A stretch of DNA of 62,878 nt, filler included, from Candidatus Rokuibacteriota bacterium (GCA_031406795.1; 7 parts of 7 records of this genome joined end to end with filler, not necessarily neighbours in it); one strand, 5' to 3'. Positions 37,149-49,351 are shown, numbered from the whole stretch's first letter. Made by a program: numbers and translations. The notes: a model not told the origin generated them from the letters alone.

Positions 37149-38411
37149 CTACTTCGCGGGAGCGTCCGGCGGGGGATCCTGCGTCACCTGGAGGCGGCTC
37201 GGCGACGGCGACGCGTCGGGGGCCGCCGGGCGGCAGGCGGCGAGTGCGGGCCGGGAACCGAGATCGAGGTCGTCCGCATTGATGCTTTCGCCGGGAACCA
37301 TCATCACCAGGCGCTCCACGCAGTTGCGCAGCTCGCGGACGTTTCCCGGCCACGGGTGGCTGGTCAAGGCCGCGAGCGCGGCGGGCGAGAACTTCTTCGG
37401 CGCCAGCGCGGCATGGGCGCAGAAGCCGCTCAGGAAATGCCCGGCGAGCAGCGGGATGTCCCCCGCGCGCTCGCGCAGCGGCGGTACGTGCAGCGCGACG
37501 ACGGCGATCCGGTAGAACAGGTCCTCGCGGAAGAGCCCCGCGGCGATCAGCTCCTCGAGGCGGCGGTTCGTGGCGGCGATCACCCGCACGTCGACGCGCA
37601 CCGGCTTGGTGCCGCCGACGCGCTCGAAGCTCTGGCTCTCGAGCACCTTCAGGATCGTGCCCTGCGCGCGCGGCGTCATGTCGCCGATCTCGTCGAAGAA
37701 GAGGGTGCCGCCGTCGGCCAACTCGAACTTGCCCCGGCGCTGGTCCACCGCGCCGGTGAAGGCGCCGCGTTCGTGCCCGAAGAGTTCGCTCTCGACGAGC
37801 TCCCCGGGCAGCGCGGCGCAGTTGATCTCGATGAACGGCCGCAGCCGCCGCGGGGAGTGCACGTGGATCGAGCGCGCCACCAGTTCCTTGCCCGTGCCGT
37901 GTTCGCCGGTGACCAGGACCCGTCCCGCGCCCGCGGCGGCGAGCGCGACCCGCCGGCGCAGTTCGACGATCAGCGGGTCCTCCCCGACGATCTCGACCGC
38001 GGCCTCGGCCTGGCGCAGCAACTCGCTGTTCTCGCGGATCAGGCGGCGCTCCTCGAGGGCGTGGCGCAGCACGAGCAGGGTCTTCTCGAGCGAGAGAGGC
38101 TTCTCGATGAAGTCGTAGGCGCCGAGTTTGGTCGTGCGCACCGCGGTCTCGATGGTGCCGTGACCCGACATCATAACGACCGGGATCGCCGGCCAGCCCT
38201 TCGTGATCTCCTGGAGAATCGCCACGCCGTCGCGTCCCGGCAGCCAGATGTCGAGGAGCACGAGGTCCACGGGCTGTTCGTGCAGCCGCCGCAGCGCGGA
38301 CTCGCCGTCCTCGACGAGCACCGGGCGATAGCCCTCGTCCTCGAGGATGCCCTTGAGCGCGAGCAGGATGCCGCGTTCGTCGTCGACGACGAGGATGGTT
38401 TCAGCTTGCAT
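37149..38411 (-). CDS. Sigma54-dependent response regulator, NtrX-like (no recognisable C-terminal HTH)
   Basis: REC domain (VVDD, LDIWLP), GEHGTGKE, ESELFGHERGAFTGA and WPGNVREL. Confidence 0.9.
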   Translation of the reverse strand: MQAETILVVDDERGILLALKGILEDEGYRPVLVEDGESALRRLHEQPVDLVLLDIWLPGRDGVAILQEITKGWPAIPVVMMSGHGTIETAVRTTKLGAYDFIEKPLSLEKTLLVLRHALEERRLIRENSELLRQAEAAVEIVGEDPLIVELRRRVALAAAGAGRVLVTGEHGTGKELVARSIHVHSPRRLRPFIEINCAALPGELVESELFGHERGAFTGAVDQRRGKFELADGGTLFFDEIGDMTPRAQGTILKVLESQSFERVGGTKPVRVDVRVIAATNRRLEELIAAGLFREDLFYRIAVVALHVPPLRERAGDIPLLAGHFLSGFCAHAALAPKKFSPAALAALTSHPWPGNVRELRNCVERLVMMVPGESINADDLDLGSRPALAACRPAAPDASPSPSRLQVTQDPPPDAPAK

Positions 38412-40632
38412 GACGCGCCTCCATGGCCCCGACGAGGGGCGGGGTCTCCCGGTGCAGCGGGAATTCCAGAACGAACACGGTGCCGTGGGGCAGGTTGTCC
38501 TCGGCGCGCACGGTTCCCCCGTGGCCCGCGACGATATCGCTCACGATCGCGAGGCCCAGCCCGCCCCCCTCCTTCTTGGTGGAGACGTAGGGCAGGAAGA
38601 GCCGGTCGCGGTCCTCGGCCGGCAGCCCGCGTCCGGTGTCGCTGACGCGGATGCGCGCGGTGCGTCCATCCTCGCCGGGCGCCGTGGCGATCTCGATGCT
38701 CCCGGGCCCCTCGAGGGCGGCGAGGGCGTTCTCGATCAGGTTGATGAACACCCGGCGCAGCTGTTCGGCATCGCCGTCGATCACGAGCGGCTGCGGGTGA
38801 AAGCGCGTGGCGAACGCCACCCCGCGCCGCCCCGTGTCGTAGAGGCCGAGCGCGTTCTCGATGACCGAGCGGACGTCCACGGGCTCGGGCCGCAGCGCGG
38901 GCAGGCGGGCGAACCGGGAGAACTCGTCGACCAGACGTTTCATGGTTTCGACCTGCGAGATGACCGTGGCGGCGGCTTCGAGAAAGACCTCCTCGCGGTC
39001 AGGGGCGCGGTCGAGCAGTTTCTTGCGGGCACGCTCGATCGAGAGCTGGATCGGGGTCAGCGGGTTCTTGATCTCGTGGGCGATGCGCCGCGCCGCTTCG
39101 CGCCAGGCCGCGACGCGCTGGGCCTTGACCAGCTGGGTCAGATCCTCGACGACCACGAGCCGTCCGAGGTCGGTGAAGCGCGGGTCGCGCAGCGGCACGG
39201 CGGTCACGACGAGCGTTCGCAGCTGACCGCCGGCCGCCACCACGAAGCGGCCCTCGCCGGGCCGGCCGTCGCTCTGCAGCGGCGCGTCGATCGCATCGCG
39301 CAGCGGCCGCAGCGCAGGCGCCCGGACAACCTCCGAGAACTCGCGGCCGGGGATGTCCGGGGGGAGACCGAGCAGTTCCTGCGCCGCCCGGTTGCAGGCG
39401 GCGACGATGCCGCGCGGGTCGATCGCGATCACGCCCGTGCCGATGGTCTCGAGGATGGTCGCGATGAGGTTGCGCCGCCGCTCCAGCTCGAGCGTGAAGC
39501 GCTGCAGCTCGCCGTAGGCGCGCTCCAGTTCGACCTTGTTCGACTTCAGGTCGCGGGTCATCCGGTTGAAGGAGTCCACGAGCAGCCCGATCTCGTCCTG
39601 CGCCTGCGCGGCGATCTCGAAATCCAGATCGCCGCCGGCGACGCGCCGGGTGCCCTCGGCCAGCTGCTGGATCGGGGTGGTGATGACGCGCGAGAGGTAG
39701 AAGGCGAACCAGGTCGCGAAGAAGGTGATCAGCAGCGCGATGGTGGCAAGCGTCAGCGTGTAGCTCAGCCGGATCGGGCGGCGGAACAGCCGGACCTGCC
39801 GGTAGTTCTCGGAGGTCGCGGCCGCCGCCGCGAGTCGCGCGCGCAGATCCGCGGGGACGAAGAGGCTCGCGGTGACCACGCCGACCACGGCCTGCGCCGG
39901 CCCCTGGCGGATCGGCCAGTAGGCCTGGACGGTGTCGCCGGCGGAGCCGCCGGATGGCGCGAGCCCGCTGCGGCCGGCCCAGGCGTCGAGCAGGCGCTCG
40001 CGCGGCAGCGGCGGCGCCGCTCCCGGGAGCTCCGGGGAACCGAGCCGCAGGTCGGGGTCGCCTGTTGCGCCATAGTAGGCGACGGCCGCCAGCGAGAGTT
40101 CCCGCAGCCGGTCCCGCAGGTGCCGGGCGCGGATTTCACGCCGGCCGGGACCGACCAGGTCGAGCCGGAGGAGTTCCTCGGCCAGGCGCTGGGCCTGCGC
40201 GAGAGCGGTGCGCTCGGTGCTGCGCGGAGCCTCCGCCGCGAGGTCGGAGGCCAGGCGCAGCGCCTCCTCCACGCGCACGTCGAACCAGCCCTGGACGCTG
40301 GTGGTGATGAGCTTGAGCGAGACCAGGAAGAGCAGCAAGGCGGGCAGACTCGCGAGCCCGACGAACGCCACGGCGAGCCGCGTCCGCAGCCGCGCCCCGA
40401 CCACGCGCCGCTTGCGCTCGAAGAAGAGCTTCGTCAGGTTGCGGAAGATCAGGATCGCCAGCGCCATGAGCAGGATGATGTTGACGTTGACGAGCGCGAA
40501 AATCAGCAGGTTGGTCGCGAGCGGCACCCCCGCGGGTGCGCCCTGCAGCCAGAACTCGATCCCCGTGAGCGCGGCGATCAGGCTGACGATCGCCAGCGCC
40601 CAGAGCAGATTGCGGCGGACCGATGGCTTCAT
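38401..40632 (-). CDS. NtrY-like sensor histidine kinase (TM-HAMP-PAS-HK)
   Basis: [28 protein letters not shown] and GLGLAIV motifs. Confidence 0.9.
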   Translation of the reverse strand: MKPSVRRNLLWALAIVSLIAALTGIEFWLQGAPAGVPLATNLLIFALVNVNIILLMALAILIFRNLTKLFFERKRRVVGARLRTRLAVAFVGLASLPALLLFLVSLKLITTSVQGWFDVRVEEALRLASDLAAEAPRSTERTALAQAQRLAEELLRLDLVGPGRREIRARHLRDRLRELSLAAVAYYGATGDPDLRLGSPELPGAAPPLPRERLLDAWAGRSGLAPSGGSAGDTVQAYWPIRQGPAQAVVGVVTASLFVPADLRARLAAAAATSENYRQVRLFRRPIRLSYTLTLATIALLITFFATWFAFYLSRVITTPIQQLAEGTRRVAGGDLDFEIAAQAQDEIGLLVDSFNRMTRDLKSNKVELERAYGELQRFTLELERRRNLIATILETIGTGVIAIDPRGIVAACNRAAQELLGLPPDIPGREFSEVVRAPALRPLRDAIDAPLQSDGRPGEGRFVVAAGGQLRTLVVTAVPLRDPRFTDLGRLVVVEDLTQLVKAQRVAAWREAARRIAHEIKNPLTPIQLSIERARKKLLDRAPDREEVFLEAAATVISQVETMKRLVDEFSRFARLPALRPEPVDVRSVIENALGLYDTGRRGVAFATRFHPQPLVIDGDAEQLRRVFINLIENALAALEGPGSIEIATAPGEDGRTARIRVSDTGRGLPAEDRDRLFLPYVSTKKEGGGLGLAIVSDIVAGHGGTVRAEDNLPHGTVFVLEFPLHRETPPLVGAMEARHAS

Positions 40633-41117
40633 CGTTCGGAGCGCGGCGGGGGCACGGCGGGGGCTTTGCCGTCGAGCAGCCCCTTGAGCTCGTCCATGAA
40701 CTCGGAGATGTCCTTGAACTGGCGGTAGACCGAGGCGAACCGCACGTAGGCCACGTCGTCGAGCAGCTGCAGGCGCGCCATGACGCGCTTGCCGATCGCG
40801 TGGCCCGGGATTTCCTTCTCGCCGAGTTCCAGCAGTTCGTTCTCGATCTCCTGGACGACGCTCTCGATGGCGGCGGCGCTCACGGGGCGCTTCTGGCAGG
40901 CCTTCTCGATGCCGGCGAGGATCTTGTGGCGGTCGAAGGGCTCGCGGCGCCCGTCCTTCTTGACGACCGTCGGCAGGACCTCCTCGACCCGTTCGTAGGT
41001 GGTGAAGCGCCGCTGGCACTTGAGGCATTCGCGCCGGCGGCGGATGATCTCGCCGTTCTTGCCGGTGCGCGAGTCGACCACCCGGTCCTCGAGGTGGGCG
41101 CAGAAGGGGCAGCGCAC
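40629..41117 (-). CDS. nrdR: Transcriptional repressor NrdR
   Basis: [26 protein letters not shown]-cone and [10 protein letters not shown]. Confidence 0.95.
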   Translation of the reverse strand: MRCPFCAHLEDRVVDSRTGKNGEIIRRRRECLKCQRRFTTYERVEEVLPTVVKKDGRREPFDRHKILAGIEKACQKRPVSAAAIESVVQEIENELLELGEKEIPGHAIGKRVMARLQLLDDVAYVRFASVYRQFKDISEFMDELKGLLDGKAPAVPPPRSER

Positions 41118-41118
41118 G

Positions 41119-41590
41119 CTAGGGCGTCTCCGCGGTTCCGCCGCAACGCAGCGCCACGCCGGCCTCCTCGAGCAGCTCGCGCGAAAGCTCGTCGGGGTAG
41201 CCTTCGGCGTAGACCACGCCACGGATGCCGGAGTTGATGAGCATCTTGGAGCAGATCACGCAGGGCTGTGCGGTGCAGTAGAGGGTGGCGCCGTCCACGC
41301 TCACCCCGTGCAGCGCCGCCTGGATGATCGCGTTCTGTTCGGCGTGCAGCGCCCGGCAGAGTTCGTGGCGCTCGCCGGAGGGTACGCCGAGCCGCTCGCG
41401 CAGGCAGCCGATGTCCAGACAATGGCGCAGGCCGCGCGGGGCGCCGTTGTAGCCCGTGGAGAGGATGCGTTTGTCGCGCACGAGAACCGCGCCGACGCGC
41501 CGACGCAGGCAGGTCGAGCGCGTGGCCACGAGCCGCGAGATCTCCATGAAATACTCGTCCCACGCGGGACGCGGCGCGCGCTCCGCCGGA

Positions 41591-41601
<11 letters not shown>
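41119..41601 (-). CDS. dCMP deaminase (ComEB-like)
   Basis: WDEYFM, RSTC, GYNG, HAEQNA and PCxxC motifs. Confidence 0.92.
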
Positions 41602-42850
<1,249 letters not shown>

Positions 42851-42982
42851 GGTCGTTCGTCTCTCCTTCCGGTGGTTCGGCCAAGTGTGTTCCCTTCGCG
42901 GAACGCGGCGGATTCTAGCACGGAATCGCGTCGTCCGCACCAGTGTTCTTGCGCGCTGGTGACGGCATTCACGAGAATAATC

Positions 42983-43010
42983 TTGACAGTAGAGCCCAAA
43001 TCACTATAAG
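42983..43010 (+). promoter_or_regulatory. Putative sigma70 promoter
   Basis: TTGACA-16bp-TATAAG upstream of the beta-barrel gene. Confidence 0.45.
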
Positions 43011-43086
43011 AGAAAAAGGTTTTTTGAGCGTTGCGGGAGTTGGTCGGATATTCGCGAGGGATGGGTGTGCGAGGACGAATTGCGTA

Positions 43087-44940
43087 ATGCGTAGATTGCT
43101 GCTGGCCGGCCTCGCGGCGGGGCTCTGCACCTGCATCGGCATCGGCCGGGTGATGCCGGCCTCGGCGCTCGAGCTGGCCACCACCATCGACCTCGATTAC
43201 ATCTACTCCCAGGTGAATCTGGGGGGCGACGTCAACGCCGCGACCCAGTTCAACCAGAAGGCGGCGGTCAAGTACGACACTTCGCTGACCACTTCCTACG
43301 ACTTCCTCGGCGCGGTGCGCCTCGAGCTCCAGGATGCCTGGTATACGGATCAGGCGACGACTTCCCGGGTGGCGCCGACACTGGAGCTGGCGGCCAAGGG
43401 GTCGCAGCTCGCCGCCAAGCTCGCCTACGAGGCGGTGATCAGCTCCACCGGTCTTTACCATGAGACGGGGGACGTGACCAACTACTCGACCAGCCTGTCG
43501 TTCAACCTGGAGATGACTCCGGAACTCTGGCCGGAGATGAAGTTCAAGTTCCAGAGGCGGGGCGACTTCCAGGATCTCGAGACGGAGAGCACGACGAACT
43601 CCTACGAGTTCACGGCGCGCAAGGACATCTACGCGCTGCGCCTCGAGTACAACTTCAGCCGGAACGAGATCGACAACTCGTTGCCGACCAGGGACGGCAG
43701 CGCCGAGAACAAGTGGTCCGCCAAGGCGACCTACAAGGAAATTCTCTGGGGGGGGACCGAGTTCGAACTCGGCTACGAACTCAACGAAGCCTATAAGGAT
43801 GACCAGCGCCGGGGCGTGTTCACCGGGGAGACTTCGACCTACACCCAGCAGCTCAAGACCCGCCTGAAGAACACGCTGGTCATCGCCCCCCGCCTGACGC
43901 TCGGTCTGAGCTGGGAGTACCAGTTCGAGCAGGACCTGCTGGCCCTGGAATACGACTACAAGCTCAAGAACAAGTACGTGCTCGATCTGCGCTGGGATGC
44001 CTTCGAATGGCTCAAGATCACCTCCGAGGCCCGGCGGGAGACCGACCTGCTGGCGGACACGGAGGGGGAAGACGACGAGCGCATCGTGACCGACACCCTC
44101 AAAGGCGGTTTCGACTTCACCTCGATCCCCTGGCTGCGCGTCTCCGGCAAGGCTGAACTTAAGAGCGACGGGAAGGTCGCGGCCGGTAGCGGCGGCTCCG
44201 TCGAAAGAGTCGAGGACGAGAAGTACGAGCTGATCGTCAAGAACAAGGTCGGAGAGTTCTGGGATTTCACCTGGAACGGCAGTGTCGCGAACAAGCACGT
44301 GAACGATTTCCACCTCAGTCGCGAGACCAGGGTCAAGGCCGATCTGAAGCTCAAACTGCTCGGTCTGGGGGTGGCGCCCAGTTACGAGGTCAGCCGCAAG
44401 AACGATGGCGCGGTGGATTTCGGCTATTTCGTCAATCAACAACAGATCCGGGAAGCCAAGATCATGTTCGACTACAAGATGCAGCTGCTCGAAATGTTCA
44501 AGGCGACCTTTACCCACGAGTACTCCATCAAGGTCGACGACTCGCTCGACGAGGTCTTGAATTTCGAGCGGATCGTTCAGTTCAACGAGAGTACCCGCCT
44601 CACGGTCATCATCGCCGAGTTCATCCGCGACCTGCGGCTGGAAGGTGAGGTGGATCGCAAGGCGTCGGACACCGAGGACGACCCCGACCCGCAGCTCGTC
44701 GAGGTCTCCTACGCGCTCAAGCTCGACTGGAAGTACGACGAGTTGAGCCTGCATTCGACGGTCAAGTACAACGACAAGGGCAACACGTTCGACGACGTGA
44801 GCTTCAACGCCAAGGCCAGCTGGAAACGCGAGGCACTGGAGATTACCGGGGAGTACCAGTTCGACAAGATTCTCGTGGGCATCACGGAACCGAAGGATGA
44901 AAAACGCAAGCTGAGTCTGAAACTCAACTACAAGTTTTGA
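43087..44940 (+). CDS. Large outer-membrane beta-barrel protein
   Basis: Signal peptide, many amphipathic beta-strand patterns, C-terminal BAM signal LKLNYKF. Confidence 0.75.
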   Translation: MRRLLLAGLAAGLCTCIGIGRVMPASALELATTIDLDYIYSQVNLGGDVNAATQFNQKAAVKYDTSLTTSYDFLGAVRLELQDAWYTDQATTSRVAPTLELAAKGSQLAAKLAYEAVISSTGLYHETGDVTNYSTSLSFNLEMTPELWPEMKFKFQRRGDFQDLETESTTNSYEFTARKDIYALRLEYNFSRNEIDNSLPTRDGSAENKWSAKATYKEILWGGTEFELGYELNEAYKDDQRRGVFTGETSTYTQQLKTRLKNTLVIAPRLTLGLSWEYQFEQDLLALEYDYKLKNKYVLDLRWDAFEWLKITSEARRETDLLADTEGEDDERIVTDTLKGGFDFTSIPWLRVSGKAELKSDGKVAAGSGGSVERVEDEKYELIVKNKVGEFWDFTWNGSVANKHVNDFHLSRETRVKADLKLKLLGLGVAPSYEVSRKNDGAVDFGYFVNQQQIREAKIMFDYKMQLLEMFKATFTHEYSIKVDDSLDEVLNFERIVQFNESTRLTVIIAEFIRDLRLEGEVDRKASDTEDDPDPQLVEVSYALKLDWKYDELSLHSTVKYNDKGNTFDDVSFNAKASWKREALEITGEYQFDKILVGITEPKDEKRKLSLKLNYKF

Positions 44941-44954
44941 GCATCTCGGGCTTC

Positions 44955-44982
44955 TTGACAGGGAGGCGGTGATAACTACAAT
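44955..44982 (+). promoter_or_regulatory. Putative sigma70 promoter
   Basis: TTGACA-16bp-TACAAT upstream of the TPR lipoprotein gene. Confidence 0.45.
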
Positions 44983-45097
44983 GCTCGGGTATTCGGCAGG
45001 GAACCAGGACCAGGAATTCGGAAGGGGCGCCGCACCCGGCTCCCGAGGGGCAGCAGACACGAAACGCCACGCATCGAGAGGGGTAGGGAGGACGCTC

Positions 45098-46639
45098 ATG
45101 GGGAAAAGGATCGTACTTGTCGCGGCGCTGATGGCGGCGCTCTCTGCGCTCGCGGGGTGCGCCGGTAGTTCGCTGATCAACTCCTACCTGCTCGATGACG
45201 CGAGCGTCGGCGGTGACCCGGGGCGTACGCTCAAGCCAGTTACGGGCATCCTGGTCTGGCCGCTCGAAAACATCGCCGCCGGAACGAAGTCGAAGGGCGT
45301 CGAGACGCGTTTTTCCGGCGTTCTCGCCGACACGATCTCGCTGTACGGCAGCTTCGAGCGGGTCGTCGTGCTCGAGGAAGACCAGGCCAAAGACCTGATG
45401 GCGCGCGCCGGGGAGGAGTTGGGCCTCAAGAAGAAGCCCAAGACGCCGGGCGACGGCGCCCTGATCGCGACCAAGCTGGGGCAGCTCACGAACACCGAGG
45501 TCATCCTCACCGGCCGGATCGAGGATTACGACGAGGACAAAGTCGACAAGGCGACCATCACCGTGGTCGCGGTGTCGTTCAACGTCATCGATGCCCGCGA
45601 GAAGGCGTACGCCACGCTGGACAGTTTCGCCCCCGTCAAGCGCATCTGGCGTACGAACGCCAAGCGCAAGAGCAAGGAAGGGCCCTTCAACAGCCGCGAG
45701 GGTCTCGACGATTCGGCCCGCGCCATGCTGCGGGATGTCGTCGAACGGATGTCGGTAAATCTCAGCTACGGCGCGAACGTCTCGGGGAAGGTTCTGAAGC
45801 TCAAGGCCGCCGAGCTGAACGACGCAGCCGAGGAAAGCTTTGACGCAGGTGATTTCGACAAGGCGATCGCCGGCTGGAACGAGGTCCTCAAGATCCAGCC
45901 CAAGAACAAGAAGGCCGTGAAGCGGATCGAGGCGGCGGAGAAGGGCAAGCGCGTGGCGCAGGAGCAGGCCAAGGCCGCCGCGTTGAAGAAGCAGGCTGAC
46001 GAAATCAAGGCCAAGGCCGAGGCCGCTGCCAAGGCCGGCGATCTCGAAGGGGCAATCGTCGAGTGGAAGAAGGTCCTCGAAATCGACAAGGGCAACAAGG
46101 AAGCCACCAAGAACATCGAAAACCTCGAGAAACAGATCGCCGATCGCAAGAAGCAGGAAGCCCAGGAAGCCGAGAAGAAGGCTGCCGCCGACAAGAAGGC
46201 ACGAGAAGAGGCGGAGAAGAAGAAGGCGTCCGAAGCGGTGAAGCCGGCTGAGGCGCCCAAGGCGGTCGAGGCGCCCAAGGCAGTCGAAGCGCCCAAGGCA
46301 GTCGAAGCGCCCAAGGCAGTCGAAGCGCCCAAGGCAGTCGAAGCGCCCAAGGCGGCCGAGGCGCCCAAGGCGGTCGAAGCGCCCAAGGCAGTCGAGGCGC
46401 CCAAGGCAGTCGAAGCGCCCAAGGCGGTCGAAGCGCCCAAGGCGGTCGAAGCGCCCAAGGCGGCGGCTCCGGCTGGCGACCTCGAAGCCGTTCGCAATCA
46501 GGCGATGGCCGCCTTCAACAAGGAGGACTACCCCGCCTCCCGGGATCTCTGGAAGCAGATACTGGTGACGGCGCCTGACGACAAGCAGGCCAAGGAGATG
46601 CTCGAGACGACCGAGATGCTCCTCAACGCGCTGAAGTGA
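45098..46639 (+). CDS. Lipoprotein with a CsgG/LpoB-like alpha/beta domain, TPR units and an EAPKAV repeat linker
   Basis: Lipobox LAGC; ILVWPLEN...LGQLTNTEVILTGRI; three W..VL.I.P/K TPR-like units. Confidence 0.75.
   Translation: MGKRIVLVAALMAALSALAGCAGSSLINSYLLDDASVGGDPGRTLKPVTGILVWPLENIAAGTKSKGVETRFSGVLADTISLYGSFERVVVLEEDQAKDLMARAGEELGLKKKPKTPGDGALIATKLGQLTNTEVILTGRIEDYDEDKVDKATITVVAVSFNVIDAREKAYATLDSFAPVKRIWRTNAKRKSKEGPFNSREGLDDSARAMLRDVVERMSVNLSYGANVSGKVLKLKAAELNDAAEESFDAGDFDKAIAGWNEVLKIQPKNKKAVKRIEAAEKGKRVAQEQAKAAALKKQADEIKAKAEAAAKAGDLEGAIVEWKKVLEIDKGNKEATKNIENLEKQIADRKKQEAQEAEKKAAADKKAREEAEKKKASEAVKPAEAPKAVEAPKAVEAPKAVEAPKAVEAPKAVEAPKAAEAPKAVEAPKAVEAPKAVEAPKAVEAPKAVEAPKAAAPAGDLEAVRNQAMAAFNKEDYPASRDLWKQILVTAPDDKQAKEMLETTEMLLNALK
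46250..46465 (+). repeat. Coding VNTR, 12 x 18 bp (EAPKAV)
   Basis: Consensus GARGCGCCCAAGGCRGTC, 12 units counted directly. Confidence 0.95.
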
Positions 46640-46680
46640 CCCCGGGGGGAGATTCTGGCGCGGGGAGGCATGCTCAACCT

Positions 46681-47452
46681 ATGCGACGTTCATGGCGTTG
46701 GTTCGTTCTGTTCGCAGCCGTAGTCGCTGGTGCGACCGCGGCTGCGGCGCAGAACCGTGATTCGAATGGCAGCACGCCGTCGCTCGAATACAAGCCGCCG
46801 CGGGCGGTCATCCCCGAGCCGAAGGCTCCGCACCCGCTGCCGCCGAAGACCGTCTTCGCGGAATCGTTCGGGAGCTTCGGCATCACGACCGGCTCGTTCG
46901 ACGGCCCGGTCGATGTCGCCCGGGACGCGTTGGGCAATTTCTACGTCCTGGACGCGGGCAACAACCGCATCCAGAAGTTCGACAAGTCCGGGAACTTCCT
47001 CGCCACCTCGGGGACGAGCGGCAGCCGCCCCGGCCAGTTCAACCGCCCGTCGGCGATCGCGTTGGGTCGCCTGGTTCCCACCGATCCCAAGACCGAGGTC
47101 GTCTACGTGGTGGACAGCGGCAACGACCGGATCCAGTACACCACGGTGGAGGACTTCGGCACGACGGCGGGATCGGACCAGCGCTGGAAGGCGTGGGGGA
47201 GGCGGGGCAGCTGGAAGGGTGATTTCAACGAGCCCCGGGACATCACCATCGACCCGCGGGGGTTCGTCTACGTGCTCGACAAGGGCAACGACCGGGTGCA
47301 GAGATTCTTCCCCAACGGCGACGTCGAGCCGGGCTACACCTTCGAGCTTTTCAAAGGCAACCTCATCGATCTGGTGTCGATCGCCTTCTCCGACTCCCGC
47401 CTCGGGTTCATCTACACCCTCGGCGCGGGGTGCGTGGTGCAGCAGTTCCGGC
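46681..47452 (+). CDS. Secreted NHL-repeat beta-propeller protein, 3' partial
   Basis: FDGPVDVA..YVLDAGNNRIQKF, FNRPSAIA and FNEPRDIT repeats. Confidence 0.88.
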
Positions 47453-47552
47453 NNNNNNNNNNNNNNNNNNNNNNNNNNNNNNNNNNNNNNNNNNNNTTAA
47501 TTAATTAANNNNNNNNNNNNNNNNNNNNNNNNNNNNNNNNNNNNNNNNNNNN
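47453..47552. other. Artificial contig linker
   Basis: N run containing TTAATTAATTAA. Confidence 0.98.
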
Positions 47553-47662
47553 CAGAAATCTTGAAGCGTATGATTGCGCCACCTTGCATTAGTCAAAATC
47601 CAACCAGCCAAGAGGCTAAACGCATACTGGTAAGGGGAGTTGTCCACTACTGATATGAGTCT

Positions 47663-48289
47663 TTGCATGCGATCACGCGCAGCGCCGATCGCATGCTGCG
47701 CCTTGTGGGGAACTTTCTCGACGCATCACGCGCCGATAGCGGACGCCTTGAGCTGGCATTGCGTCCCGTGCAGCTGGACACCGTTATCAGGCGCGTACAA
47801 GAGGACGGCAAGGTACTCGCGCAAAGCCGCGGCTTGAGGGTCGCTGCAGATCTGCCTGACGAGTTGCCGCCGGTCCTCGCTGATGAGGAACATCTCGAGC
47901 GCGCCCTGCACAACCTGGTCAGCAACGCGATAAAGTACAATCGCCCCGAAGGTTCGGTCACCCTCAAGGCCGGGGTTCAGGATGGCCGGGTGTGGATTGC
48001 GGTTTCAGACACCGGCGTCGGGATCAGCGAGGTCGACCAGCGACAGCTCTTCGAGAAGTACTTCCGCTCGGGCCGCACAAGGCACATCCGCGGCACGGGC
48101 CTCGGCCTTGTGGTGACCCGGGAGATCGTCCGGGCGCATGGCGGCGAATTGGAGGTTGCGAGCCGGGAGGGGACAGGAACGACTTTCAGCTTCGCACTGC
48201 AATGCGCACCCCCGTCGGACCATCAGCTGAAGACGTCTGTGCGGGAGAAACCGGCGGCCCTGATGGAGGCCGTCAACGCGGGAGGATGA
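47663..48289 (+). pseudogene. Histidine kinase fragment (HATPase; phospho-acceptor His region missing)
   Basis: NLVSNAIKYN, DTGVGI and GTGLGL; begins in the second HisKA helix after unrelated lower-GC DNA. Confidence 0.7.
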
Positions 48290-48292
48290 CGC

Positions 48293-48843
48293 ATGCGGAA
48301 GAAAACTCTGGGTCTTCTGGTTGTTGCTGCCCTCTGCGCCATTGGCGGTTCCGAGAGCATAAGCTGGGGTAGCGAGAAGGCAAGCGAAACAACAGATCTC
48401 TACGAGGTCCTGGAGCGGTTTCATGGGCACGTCTGCGGCGGTTCGCTGATGGGTGCGCGGCTGGGGCTTGCCGCTCGCGCAGCCTTGGAACTGTCCATGA
48501 GCAAGGGGAAGTTCAAGGCTCGGTATTTCAGCCTCGCCTGTCCGGTGGACGGCATTCAGGTCGCCGCGGGGACAACCTACGGCAATCGCGCGATCGAGGT
48601 TGAGGACCGCGACGAGCAGCGGCTGCTCCTCTCCAACGAGAGAGCGGCCGTGAGATCGAAGTTCGGCTGACCACGACACCCGCGGAGAAGGCCGGCGCAT
48701 CGCGCGACTTAACCAAAAAGACGAAGTCTCTCCCTGCCGACTCCCCCGAGCGCGCGCGTCTCGAGCGGGAGGTGGAAGGAATTCTCACTTGGCTGCGCAC
48801 CGCGCCAGAGGTGGAGGTCGTCACCGTCAGGTTTGTGCGCTGA
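48293..48843 (+). pseudogene. FmdE-family protein with signal peptide, frameshifted near 48640
   Basis: FHGHVCGG, CPVDGIQ..GTTYGN; the C-terminus continues in another frame to TGA at 48841-48843. Confidence 0.7.
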
Positions 48844-48927
48844 AGTTCGAGACGTGCAAAGGGATCTCAGAATGCCGGCATCGTGCGACCTGCCCCTCAA
48901 GTCAGCCTATTGAAGATGGCCTCTCTC

Positions 48928-49022
48928 GATCCGGAGGTGCCTCGGGCTGAGCCAGGAGGCCATGACCCTGCGCCTCCGGGTGGATCCGGGGCCCTTGGCG
49001 AGGTGGGAGCGGGGGTAGAGGA
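48928..49022 (+). pseudogene. Degenerate copy of the second HTH of the ORF at 50244-50679
   Basis: Aligns with 50529-50623 (CTGAGCCAGGAGGCCATG..GTGGATCCGGGG..GCGAGGTGGGA); in-frame TAG. Confidence 0.8.
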
Positions 49023-49141
49023 TCTTACCGGAGAAAGTTGAGAAGCAATTACTTATGAATTGTTGACGGGCAGTCGATCAAGTGGCATATATTCTCCAGA
49101 GACATGAACGAGCGATCTTCTCCAAAGCTCAAGGAGCCGAC

Positions 49142-49351
49142 ATGGTGCATCACGCCGTTGAGGAACAAACCCTTCTGAAAAAGATTCGTACGCTGCCGCC
49201 GGAGAAGGTCATCGAGGTGGAGGACTTCGTAGACTTCCTCCTCGGGCGAGTCGATGACCGTCGTCTCGTGCGCGCCGCGGCGAAGCTCTCCGAGGAAGCT
49301 TTCCGGAAAGTCTGGGACAACACAGACGATGCCGCCTACGACACACTTTGA
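49142..49351 (+). CDS. DUF2281-like antitoxin
   Basis: IRTLPPEKVIEVEDFVDFL...WDNTDDAAYD; overlaps the toxin start. Confidence 0.8.
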   Translation: MVHHAVEEQTLLKKIRTLPPEKVIEVEDFVDFLLGRVDDRRLVRAAAKLSEEAFRKVWDNTDDAAYDTL

